Shown here: positions 51,312-60,793 of the stretch, in pieces
How the letters are laid out: every line of letters starts with the position of its first letter
How positions within the stretch are numbered: the stretch's first letter is position 1
Assembly: GCA_965203485.1 (NCBI GenBank)
Contig: OZ241892.1
Span: 3,136,001-3,200,000, forward strand
DNA: 64,000 bases
Origin: Longimicrobiales bacterium
GTDB taxonomy: Bacteria > Gemmatimonadota > Gemmatimonadetes > Longimicrobiales > Gaopeijiaceae
Direction of reading: 5' to 3'
Program-made: the position numbers and the translations under genes
The notes under the pieces: model-generated
Told to the model about the DNA's origin: nothing
Seen by the model: the letters and a program-made list of their open reading frames with translations, nothing else
The model's database searches: none

Positions 51312-51562
51312 ACGGCTGGGTCCAGCAGGGGGCTGAAGAGCGGCATCGAGGACCTGCGGGCGAAGTGGGGCCGGTCGGCGCTGCGAATTGCCAAGGGCTA
51401 CTCCGCTGGCCTCGTGTTGACCAGCGGATACCGGTGTCCGCACGGAAACGCGTCGATCGCTGGCGCGTCGCGAAGCTCCTATCACATGGAGGGCAGGGCG
51501 GTGGACATTTCGACCAGGGCGATTATCGGCGCGGCTGGGATACCTTATGCTCGGATGACTCC
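51312..51562 (+). repeat. Orphan copy of the peptidase M15 domain coding segment (paralogous to 53180-53431)
   Basis: Encodes LTSGYRCPHGN..SYHMEGRAVDI; clear nucleotide similarity over ~250 bp. Confidence 0.85.
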
Positions 51563-52160
51563 GGATCGGGCTCCGGATCGGGGATGAACGCGGTCACCCA
51601 TCCGTCGCGCGCGCTTCCTATGTAGATGCCGCGCCGGTAGCCGCGATTGCGCCGGGCGTTCGACTCGGAATCGGCGGCGTAGAGTACGTCGTCGGCGTCG
51701 ATGACAGGCCGCTCGGGCGGCCGAACTGCGTCCACGTCTCCAGATGCGCGCCTTCCTGGTCGAAGATCTGGATGCGGCTGTTGCCCCGGTCGGCCACGAA
51801 CAGACGCCCCTGCGAGTCCATCGCCGGCGCGTGCGGGTCGCGAAACTGCCCCGTGCCCGTGCCCGTCTCTCCCCAGGCCATGAGGAACGACCGTCCCGGA
51901 TCCAGCTTTACGATACGGTTGTTGCCCCCGGCGTCGTGCCCGTCCGCCACGAAAATGCTCCCGTCCGGCGCCACCAGCACGTCGGAAGGCTTGTTGAAGA
52001 TGCCCTCGCCCTCGCCGGCGACGCCCTCGACGCCCAGCGTCATCATCAGCTCGCCGTTCGGGCTGTACTTGAGGATCGTGTGGCCCACCCCGGCCGGAAC
52101 CGGCGCATAGCCCACGGCGTCGGTGACCCAGACGTTGCCGTCGGCGTCCACATCCAGGCT
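51563..52160 (-). pseudogene. Internal fragment of an NHL-repeat (PAL-like) protein, frameshifted
   Basis: FNKPSDVLVAPDGSIFVADGH, FVADRGNSRIQIFD, QFGRPSGL then a frameshift to DDVLYAADSES; both ends missing. Confidence 0.8.
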
Positions 52161-52169
52161 GAGGCCGGA

Positions 52170-52410
52170 GGCGTCCGGGCGAGGCGTCTCTTTGCCGCCG
52201 TGCTGGCGTCGTCGTGGCTGGTTGCGGCGTTGCCGGGCGGGGCCGATGCCCAGTCGGCGGCCCCGGCGGTGCGGCACATCGTCTTTCTTGGCTTGGAGGC
52301 GGGCGACAGCACGTACTTCGGGGCGAAGCAGTCAAGGTGCGCGTAGTGTTCGACCAGCGTGTCGCGGTGGCGACGGCGAACGGCGCTCCCCACATGGAAC
52401 TGACCTGTTC
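52170..52410 (+). pseudogene. N-terminal fragment of a secreted protein
   Basis: Signal-like RRLFAAVLASSWLVAALPGGADAQ, then a frameshift to EAVKVRVVFDQRVAV. Confidence 0.35.
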
Positions 52411-52626
52411 GGCGAATACGTGTCCCGAAGCGCCGGGCCCGCCGACCGCAGGCTGGGCGTGCAGGGCGCGGTTCGTTTCAAATGACGGCGGGTCAGTCGG
52501 GCAAAGCAGCCCACCATGAATGCGAAGGCGCGGGCCGATCGGCCGACCACGGTCTTGTCCGTGCGCGGCCAGGCGCGTACCGTGCCCGTCATGTACGAGT
52601 TGCCCCTAGACGCGAGTAGGGACGCG

Positions 52627-53549
52627 ATGAAGACGCGGAGCAGATGGCTGGCGAGCTTCGGGGTGGCAGGCATGCTCGTGATGGCCGGTTGCGTAGACCC
52701 GCTTGGAATGGACGATGCAGGAAACACGCAAACGTTGCGAGTTGCCACACGGCCGCCGAGGGCGGAGCTCCTCGGTGCGAGAATAGACGGTGATTGGGTG
52801 GTCGCCGGTTCGGAGAGAATCGGCTGGGTCGCCGACGGCAGTGGTCTTCGCGGGGCCACTGCACCCCGGCGGGCGTCGGACGGGCCACGGGCCGCGCCGT
52901 CCATCGACAGCGGGGTGATCTGCTGGTACCTGATCACGTTCGTCACGACGACCGGCGAGATCGTGTCGGTGAAGTTCCTGGGCTGCACTTCTGGGGGCGG
53001 CGGCACGCAATGCGACGAAGAGCAACGCAGGATCGCCGACGAGTATCGCAATGCCGGCTGGGTCTTCGGTCGCAAGGCTCCGGCGTGCGACGACATCGAA
53101 GAAAACGGCTCCGGCACGGCGCATTTCAGCTGGGCCGAGCTCAACGGCTGGTTCCAGGAAGGCAATCCCCACACGGGCTACGGCTGGGTTCAGCAGAGCC
53201 TGAAGACCAGCATCCGAGGATCTGCGGGCGAAATGGGGCCGGTCCGCGCTACGGATTGCCAGGGGCTATTCTCCGGGCCTCGTGTTGACCAGCGGATACC
53301 GGTGCCCACACGGCAACGCGTCGGTCCTCGACGCATCGATAAGCTCCTATCACATGGAAGGCAGAGCGGTGGATATCTCGACCAGAACGATTATTGGCCT
53401 GGCTGGAGTACCTTACCGCTCGGATGACTCCAGCTCAGCAGGCTGAGCTCAAGGCGGTGTATTTGGAACTGTTGGGCCTAGGTGGCAATCACGATGAGCA
53501 ACCGTGGGACCGATACAAAGAAGACCGCCATTTTCATTTCGCCAAATAG
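52627..53549 (+). pseudogene. Lipoprotein with C-terminal peptidase M15 (Zn D-Ala-D-Ala peptidase) domain; two +1 frameshifts
   Basis: Lipobox MAGC; removing an extra C at ~53215 and ~53417 gives SGYRCP.GN, SYHMEGRAVD and terminal HFH, ending at TAG 53547-53549. Confidence 0.75.
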
Positions 53550-53564
53550 TGGAGACACGACGAC

Positions 53565-54524
53565 ATGAAGCACTTATTGTGGGCGTGGGCCGCCGTCTCC
53601 TTGACGGTTGCAGTGCCGACAGCGTCGCAGGAACGAGAGGCATCGGCCAAGGAAATCGAGGCCCTGTGGCAAGCGGAGCAAGCGACGGTCGAGAAGCTGA
53701 AGGCCGGAGATGCGGACGCCGAGCAAAGGATCGTCGAGTTGCTGACCACGGGCGGCGACGCGAATTGGCGCGTCGGCGTGGCGGCGGCTCTCTCGGTGGC
53801 GCCGGAACAGAGATCGCCGGTCTTGATCGCAGGCATGATTGAGGCGTTGCGGCGAGACGTGGAATGGAGCACTAGCCGTTACGCGGCCGGCTTGGGAGCC
53901 TCGAGCCGCGGAGAGATGTCGAGCTACTTTGCCCACCAGCTCTTGCTGACGGGCGACCCGGCGATCCTACCTCCGCTGGCATGGCGCGCCAGAGGCTTGT
54001 CGGCTACGGTGGTCTACGAGTTCGGGTTGCAGGCCGTGCCGCACCTGCTCGACGTCGCCCTGTCGCCGCGGGCAACTGGCTTCGAGGCGATCGGCGCGCT
54101 GTCGGTGTTGGCAAGCATAGTTTCAACGCACGGCCCGGGGTCCTACGCGAAGGAATTGCGCAAAGCGGCCATGCTTCACCTCGACGGGCCGCCGGAAGGC
54201 TACATGTCGGCCGGCGAGCACCGGTCGGGTGGGTTCCCGGGCGCCTTGGTGCCGGCGATTGCGCTCGCCGGAACATTGCAGATGCCCGAGCTGTTGGAGC
54301 GGATCAAAGCCATTGTGGCGAGTACGCCCGAGCAAATCGTGGAGCGGACCGGCTACAGCATAGCCGTTGCCGGGTACGGACCCCCGTGCGCCCGTGCGCA
54401 CCTGGAAGGCACTCCGCCCCCGAGTTGGATGTGCGATTCGCGTTCGTGGATCGACTGGTTCGATCGCTCCCCGCACGTACGCGATTACTCCTTGAAGGCG
54501 CGAAGCAAGGGGCCGGGCGGGTAG
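53565..54524 (+). CDS. Secreted alpha-helical (HEAT-like) protein, candidate immunity partner
   Basis: Signal peptide, RBS GGAG, 15 nt after the M15 stop; GDPAILPPLA and FGLQAVPHLL are HEAT-like segments. Confidence 0.65.
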   Translation: MKHLLWAWAAVSLTVAVPTASQEREASAKEIEALWQAEQATVEKLKAGDADAEQRIVELLTTGGDANWRVGVAAALSVAPEQRSPVLIAGMIEALRRDVEWSTSRYAAGLGASSRGEMSSYFAHQLLLTGDPAILPPLAWRARGLSATVVYEFGLQAVPHLLDVALSPRATGFEAIGALSVLASIVSTHGPGSYAKELRKAAMLHLDGPPEGYMSAGEHRSGGFPGALVPAIALAGTLQMPELLERIKAIVASTPEQIVERTGYSIAVAGYGPPCARAHLEGTPPPSWMCDSRSWIDWFDRSPHVRDYSLKARSKGPGG

Positions 54525-54542
54525 GTGGCGAGGCTCGCCTTC

Positions 54543-54719
54543 GTGAAGACCTCATTGTGGACTGGGGTCGCCGTCTCCTTGGCGGTTGCAACGCCGACGG
54601 CATCGCAAGAGCGAGAGGCGTCGGCGAAGGAGATCGCGGCCCTGTGGCGCGCGGAACGGGTCGCCATCTCGGTCCGAAGTGCGAATCCCGACGTTGCGGG
54701 ACCGGGGATCCTGCGATAG
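54543..54719 (+). pseudogene. Truncated paralog of the 53565 gene N-terminus
   Basis: VKTSLWTGVAVSLAVATPTASQEREASAKEIAALW versus MKHLLWAWAAVSLTVAVPTASQEREASAKEIEALW. Confidence 0.8.
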
Positions 54720-55060
54720 CTTTTGTGGGCCGACGATCGAGGTCCCTGCCTCGCGTACACTCGAAACGCACGACCGAATCCAAAGAAGGAACATTCTGCG
54801 TTGCACGCGTATCGGCTTCATGGAGCGCGAGATGCGGATGCAAGCAAGCGATGGATAAAATGACCCAAGGCGCAAGCACTGAATGGCCCTATCCCGGGCG
54901 CACGATGGTGGAAGTTCGATTTCCATACCCATACACCGGCATCCAGTGACTACGGAAAAGGTTCCAACCAGGATTCCTTGAAACGTATCACGCCTAGGGA
55001 TTGGCTCCTCGGCTTCATGCGCACCGCTGTCGACTGCGTGGCGATCACCGATCACAACTA

Positions 55061-55917
55061 GAACCTATCTCAAAAGGCCGAGATGGTTGAAGAAGATGCA
55101 GATGGCGGACAGTTGGACGAACGCCAGGAAGTTCTCGGGATGATATTCCCAACGGACCAACAGCCGGCGCTTCCACTGCATCCACCCGAAGAACCGCTCG
55201 ACAATCCATCGTCGCTTCGCCCGCCGAAGCCGACGACCGTCCTGCGTCCGCGGCCGCGTTCGATTGCGCCGGTGCGGCGCGATCATCTCGATGCCTCGCG
55301 CACGCAAGGCCGCGTCCAGCGGGTCGCTGTCGTACGCCTTGTCGCCGATCAAGTTTGCCGGCGTGTCGTCCGTGAACGCCAAGTCCAGCGACAACTGGAC
55401 GAGCGTCGCCTCGTGAGGATTCGCAGGATGCGTGCTCAACGACAGCGGAAGACCGCAACGGTCCACGACCGCCATGATCTTCACGCCCTTGCCCGCCTTG
55501 GTGTTTCCCACGCCCGCCCCGCCTCCCTTCGCCCGCGCGAACGACGCGTCCACGTATGCCTCCGTGCCGTCGAAGAGACCCCGTTGCCTCGCTTCCCCCG
55601 CCAAGTCCCTCAGCACCCGTTCGAGCACTCCCGTCCGGACCCAAGTCTGGAACCTCCGGTGCACGGTCTTGTAGTTCGGATAGTGTTGCGGCAGAAAGCT
55701 CCACTGGGCGCCCGTGTGCAGAATCCACAGCACAGCTTCGAACACGCGCCGGGCGGGCACCGGCGGCCGCCCCAGCCGCTTCCCCTTTTGCGCTTCCTCG
55801 GGAAAGTGGTGGCGAATCCGCTCCCACTGCTCGTCGCTCAGCTTCATCGTCGTCATACCTCGAAGATAAACAACTCCCCGACCCATCGCAACCCATCATG
55901 CTTTTTGAGATAGGCTC
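55061..55917 (-). mobile_element. IS5-family insertion sequence
   Basis: TIRs GAACCTATCTCAAAA / TTTTGAGATAGGCTC; CTAG at both junctions (55058-55061, 55917-55920), consistent with a TA or CTAG duplication. Confidence 0.92.
55065..55856 (-). CDS. IS5-family transposase, intact single ORF
   Basis: LSDEQW, LHTGAQW..LP, TVHRRF, VDAS, GDKAYDS, RWIVERFFGW, RRL.VRWE. Confidence 0.95.
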   Translation of the reverse strand: MTTMKLSDEQWERIRHHFPEEAQKGKRLGRPPVPARRVFEAVLWILHTGAQWSFLPQHYPNYKTVHRRFQTWVRTGVLERVLRDLAGEARQRGLFDGTEAYVDASFARAKGGGAGVGNTKAGKGVKIMAVVDRCGLPLSLSTHPANPHEATLVQLSLDLAFTDDTPANLIGDKAYDSDPLDAALRARGIEMIAPHRRNRTRPRTQDGRRLRRAKRRWIVERFFGWMQWKRRLLVRWEYHPENFLAFVQLSAICIFFNHLGLLR

Positions 55918-57935
55918 TAGGGAGAATGGATCGATTCGCCTGAAGAGCGCATACGCGACTTGCAACAAGAAGATGCGCCGGGTTACCGCCCTTTGATTCT
56001 GTTTCCGGGGGTGGAGATCACGGCCAGTGGTGGTATCCATGTCCTCGCGGTACTAGACGTCGACAAGGGCTCTGCCGACGTTGCCGCACTACTTGGCTCG
56101 GTCGGATATGGGGGTGACTGGGGCCGGAGTGACCGTGCGGCTAGAATGGCTCCCATCGGTGTTGTGGAATGCATCGCCGCCGCTGGCGGCATTCCGATTC
56201 TTGCGCATGTCGACAAACCCTCTGGAGCTTGGAAACTGCCCGGTAATACCGTGACATCTTTGTTTGACACAGACGACTTGTTCGCAATGGAAGTGTGTGA
56301 CCCTGGAAAGACGACTTTCGAACTCTACCGTCAACGCAAACTGGCGTGGGCCGAGGTTCTCGGATCCGATTCACATCATCCGGATGGACAAACAGGTTCT
56401 CGGTTCCCCGGGTCTCACTATACTTGGATAAAGATGGCAAAGCCATCGCTCGGAGGGCTACGCTTGGCATTACTGGATGGTGGTGGCTTTTCGATTCGCC
56501 GAAGCGACAATCCAAAACCCTTCGACCCATTCGACGTACCCAAGCATGACATCGAATCCATTAAGATTTCAAACGCGCGATACATGGGATGTAGCAGCCC
56601 GGCCAGATTCGATTTTAACCCATGGCTTAACGCTTTGGTCGGCGGCCGCGGTACCGGCAAGTCGACCGTGATCCATGCAATGAGACTCGTGGCAAGGCGT
56701 GGACGTGAGCTGGAAGCTCTGGAGGAACACAGCGAACCCCTCTCGACTTTCAGGAGATTTGATCGGATACCTGGAGATCGCACCGACAAAGGTCGATCGA
56801 CGAAATCAACGACGATCGCGTCGCGTATGATGCGCGACGGTGTGCTCCATCGGTTGCATTGGCGTTGTGATGGTGGCGGTACGATCGTGGAAGAGCATGT
56901 ACGCGAAGGTTGGCAAGCGTCGCCTGCCCAGACGGTCACGCCTCAGCGTTTTCCGCTTCGCATGTTCAGCTAGGGACAGATCGCGGCGCTGGCAGGAGGC
57001 GACCAGCGTGCCTTGTTGCAGGTCATAGACGAGGCGGCGGGCGTGATCACGCTTGGACGAGACCTGGAGACCGCTTGCACCGCATTCTATACGACCAGAG
57101 CGCAAATCCGGGACATTGACGGCGAGTTACGTTGCCGCGATGATCTCGTGGTACAGCAACGGGACGTGGAGCGAAAGCTGAAACGCTTTGAGGAAAAGGA
57201 GCATATCGAAGTCCTGACGGACTACCAGCGCCGCGACCGGCAACGCGCCAAAGCAGATCAGCAGTTCGAGACATCAGGGGCGGCCGCTGATCGAATTGAC
57301 CAAATGGCACAGACACTGGAACTCGACGACCGCTCTGGCCGTTGCCGTACGCGGTGCAGCTCAGGACTTGCATCAAGACGCAAACTGTTTGCGCAAACTG
57401 GTTGCGGAGCGACGTGAAGAGTTAAACCAAGGCGCATGGCCAACAGCAGTAGAAAGTGCCACGGGCAAGTACCAAGCCTTAATTGCGGCGTTGTGCGAGG
57501 AAGGCGTTACCGATCCGAGCGAATACGGTCGTTTAGTGCAGGAGCGCCGCCGGCTTGATAGCGAACTCGCTCGTCTGGATTCCGTGCAAGCAGAGCGCGA
57601 TAGGTTGATCAAAAAGGCCCGATCTTTGCTTGAAAACGTGACGAAAGTTCGCCGTGCATTGAGTCGTGAGCGTGATCTCTTTCTAGACAACTCGGAGAGG
57701 ACGAGGTAGTACAGATAGCGAGAATCGACGAGAAGCGGAAGGAGTGGCACAAATTCCACGGATGCAACGGTCGCCAATAGCAAATCGTCGACTTTCGGGG
57801 GTTGAGCCGTGATGCCAGCAAGATTCGATTCCTGATGTAGCTGTTTAGCGCTTGGACCGTATCGCCATCCTCAACCATGCCGGTATCGAATTAACGAGTT
57901 CCTGGTGCGTCTTGGCAGTCATCGCAGAATCTCCG

Positions 57936-58316
57936 TCAATCGAGCATACCCATCAGTTCGTCGATGGATTCGTCGCCGGGCCATTTGTTCACTGTCCTGT
58001 CGAGATTGATCGATTCGGTCGCACCAAATTGGATCCCGTGCCGCTCTCCAGCGATCAACGCATCTGTCACGGGGAGTTCGCAAAAGACGGCATCGGCGGG
58101 CACTTGGGGCATGACTTTCCGAGCCTCGATCAGTCGAGGTCGGCCGTTCGCCTTGAAATGCACCATTCCTTCTACGGTCGCTGCGCAGCCCCACAGTGGC
58201 CGAAGGGACTCCGCGGCTACTGCTGGCACCAGGCGGCCGAGCAGACAGGATTCGTCGGGCAACATCAGCCGAAAGCTCCTATTGGAGTACGTGATCTCGT
58301 CAAGTCGACCACTCAC
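57936..58316 (-). pseudogene. Probable C-terminal fragment of a hypothetical defence-island protein
   Basis: Lower GC, no RBS, begins right after pdhC; ends KWPGDESIDELM. Confidence 0.4.
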
Positions 58317-58353
58317 GACAAAGGACCTTCCCGCACCCCCAACCCGTCCCGCC

Positions 58354-59706
58354 CTACGCCAGAATCGCCGCCGGTTCCTCCAGGAAGGTCTTGAGGGTGG
58401 CCAGGAAGCGAGCGCCCTGCGCGCCGTCCACGACGCGGTGGTCGCAACTCATCGTGACGCGCATTCTGGGACGGGGGACCACTGCTCCGTCCACGACCAC
58501 GGCCCTCTCCTCCACGGCGCCCACGGCCAGGATGCCGGCTTCGGGCGGATTGATCACCGCCGTGAACTCCTCGATGCCGAACATGCCGAGGTTGGAGATG
58601 GAGAACGTGGAGCCCGTGTACTCGTGCGGCTGGAGCTTCTTCTCGCGGGCTCGGGCGGCCAGCTCGCGGACTTCGGCGCTGATCCGGCCGAGGCCCTTGG
58701 CCTGGGCGTCTCTGATGACCGGCGTGATCAGGCCGTCGGGCACCGCCACGGCCACGCCGATGTGGACGCGGTTGAAGCGACGAATGCGGTCGTCCTGCCA
58801 CCACGCGTTGCACTCGGGGTGGCGCGAGAGAGCGGCGGCGGCGGCCTTGACCACCAGGTCGTTGAGCGAAGCCTTGCCGCCGGCGGGTTCCAGCAGCTGA
58901 TTGATGCGCGCCCGCGCTTCCAGCGCCCGTCCCATGTCCACGTCCACGGTGAGGAAGAAGTGGGGGACGGGTCCCAGGGACTCGGCCAGTCGCCGGGCCA
59001 CCGTCTTGCGCATCTGGGTCAGGGGCGCGTCTTCGTAGTCCGGCGCGGCGAGACCGTCCGGCGCGGGGAACGGCGGCGGCGCGGGAATGTCGGCCGGGCC
59101 GGCGGCGGAGGCCGCGACGGCTTGGGCGGCGGCCTCCACGTCCCTCTTGACGACCCGGCCGGCCGGGCCGGAGCCGACGACGGCGTGCAGGTCCAGGTCC
59201 ATCTCGCGGGCGAGCCGCCGGGCCACGGGCGACGCCCTTACGCGGCCTTGCGGACCAGCGGGACCGGGAGAAGCGGGCTGAGCGGGCGGCCCCGCAACAC
59301 GCGCCGGCGAAGGTTCGACGACGGCAGTCGGCGAATCAGCCGAGGGTTTCGCCGACTCCGTCGCGGTGGTTGCGGCGACTGGCCCAGCGTCGCCGCGTTC
59401 CGGCGCAACCGCCGCATGCCCGTCCCCGCCGCCCCACGCCGCGGAGGCCACGGCGGAGACGTCCTCGTCGGCGCTCGCGATCACCGCGATCACTTCGCCC
59501 ACCGGGACCACGGCCCCTTCCTCCGCGAACACCCCGCGCAACACGCCGCCGCCGCGCGCCACCAGCTCCATGGTGGCCTTGTCCGTCTCGATGTCGGCCA
59601 GCACGTCGCCCTCGGCCACGGCGTCGCCCTCGGCCTTGTGCCACTTGACGACCTGGCCCTCCTCCATCGTGGGCGACAGCGCCTCCATGTAGACCTTGGC
59701 AACCAT
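58354..59706 (-). CDS. pdhC: Pyruvate dehydrogenase E2 dihydrolipoamide acetyltransferase
   Basis: IETDKAT lipoyl site, ASPVARRLA, GSGPAGRV, DHRVVDGA. Confidence 0.95.
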   Translation of the reverse strand: MVAKVYMEALSPTMEEGQVVKWHKAEGDAVAEGDVLADIETDKATMELVARGGGVLRGVFAEEGAVVPVGEVIAVIASADEDVSAVASAAWGGGDGHAAVAPERGDAGPVAATTATESAKPSADSPTAVVEPSPARVAGPPAQPASPGPAGPQGRVRASPVARRLAREMDLDLHAVVGSGPAGRVVKRDVEAAAQAVAASAAGPADIPAPPPFPAPDGLAAPDYEDAPLTQMRKTVARRLAESLGPVPHFFLTVDVDMGRALEARARINQLLEPAGGKASLNDLVVKAAAAALSRHPECNAWWQDDRIRRFNRVHIGVAVAVPDGLITPVIRDAQAKGLGRISAEVRELAARAREKKLQPHEYTGSTFSISNLGMFGIEEFTAVINPPEAGILAVGAVEERAVVVDGAVVPRPRMRVTMSCDHRVVDGAQGARFLATLKTFLEEPAAILA

Positions 59707-59710
59707 GCGC

Positions 59711-60793
59711 CTACGCCTCCCCGCCCAGGTAGAGCACCTGGCGGCACGCCTCCACCACGCGGTCGGCGCCCGGCTTCGCCAGGACCTCCAAGCCCTTGGC
59801 GTACGGCATCGGCACGTCGGCCTGGGTCACGCGCAGCACCGGCGCGTCCAAGTCGTCGAACGCCTCCTCCTGCACGAGCGCGACGATCTGCGCGCCGACG
59901 CCGGCGAACGGCCAGCCCTCCTCGAGGTACACGACGCGATTGGTGCGCGCCGCCGTCTCGAGGACCGCGTCCACGTCCAAGGGCCGCAACGAACGCAAGT
60001 CCAGGACGTCCGCCTCGATGCCGTCGCGGGCCAGCTTCGCGGCCGCCTGAAGCGCGACGTGCACCATCTTGCCGTGCGTCACCACGCTCACGTCGCCGCC
60101 CCGCCGCTTGAGGTCGGCCACGCCCAGAGGAATCACGTATTCGCCGTCGGGCACTTCGCCCTTCACGTTGTACAAGAGCTCGCCCTCCATCACGGCAACC
60201 GGATCGTCGTCGCGAATTGCGGCGGCCAGCAGTCCCTTGGCGTCTGCAGGAGTCGCCGGCGTCGCCAGCTTCACTCCCGGCGCGTGCACGTAATAGGTTT
60301 CGCAGGCTTGGGAGTGCTGGGCCGCCAGCTGGAGCGCCGCGCCCGTCGGGCCGCGAAACACGATCGGCACGTTGATCTGGCCGTTCGTCATGTACGCCAT
60401 CTTGGCGGCGCCGTTGATCACTTGGTCGAGCGCGAGGATGGAGAAGTTGAAGGTCATGAACTCGCAGATGGGCCGCAGTCCGGTCATCGCGGCGCCCACG
60501 CACAGTCCCGCGAATCCCAGTTCGCTTATCGGCGAGTCCACGACGCGGCGGTCGCCGAAGCGCGCCAGCATCCCGCGCGAAACCTTGTAGGCCCCGTCGT
60601 ACTCGGCCACTTCCTCGCCCATGAGGAAGACCGCGTCGTCCCGCTCCATTTCCTGCGTCATGGCCGCGTTCAGCGCCTCGCGGTAGGTCATGACGGTCGT
60701 GGACGGCTCGGTGTCCCCGCCGGTCTGGGCGCCCGCAGGGGCGTCCGAGGCCTGAGGCGCGCCGGACGGACGGGAATCGGAACCGGCGTTCAC
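59711..60793 (-). CDS. pdhB: Pyruvate dehydrogenase E1 beta
   Basis: GEEVAEYDGAYKV, DSPISE, EFMTFNF, AAQHSQ. Confidence 0.95.
   Translation of the reverse strand: MNAGSDSRPSGAPQASDAPAGAQTGGDTEPSTTVMTYREALNAAMTQEMERDDAVFLMGEEVAEYDGAYKVSRGMLARFGDRRVVDSPISELGFAGLCVGAAMTGLRPICEFMTFNFSILALDQVINGAAKMAYMTNGQINVPIVFRGPTGAALQLAAQHSQACETYYVHAPGVKLATPATPADAKGLLAAAIRDDDPVAVMEGELLYNVKGEVPDGEYVIPLGVADLKRRGGDVSVVTHGKMVHVALQAAAKLARDGIEADVLDLRSLRPLDVDAVLETAARTNRVVYLEEGWPFAGVGAQIVALVQEEAFDDLDAPVLRVTQADVPMPYAKGLEVLAKPGADRVVEACRQVLYLGGEA

Larger units (their letters stand above)
54851..57700 (+). pseudogene. PHP + ABC/SMC-type ATPase (TrlF/Ppl-like), IS-interrupted, frameshifted, 3'-truncated
   Basis: WWKFDFHTHTPAS and AITDHN before the IS; FPGVEI, GSDSH, GGRGTGKST and coiled coil after it; TAG at 56971-56973; no Walker B half. 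Confidence 0.85.

Noticed and set aside
51312..53431. DGR template/variable repeat pair
   Set aside because: Differences are not confined to adenines and no reverse transcriptase is present in the window.
55058..56973. Amber readthrough (pyrrolysine or recoding) in the PHP-ATPase
   Set aside because: The gene also has frameshifts, an IS and a truncation, and TAG is a normal stop for many genes in the window.
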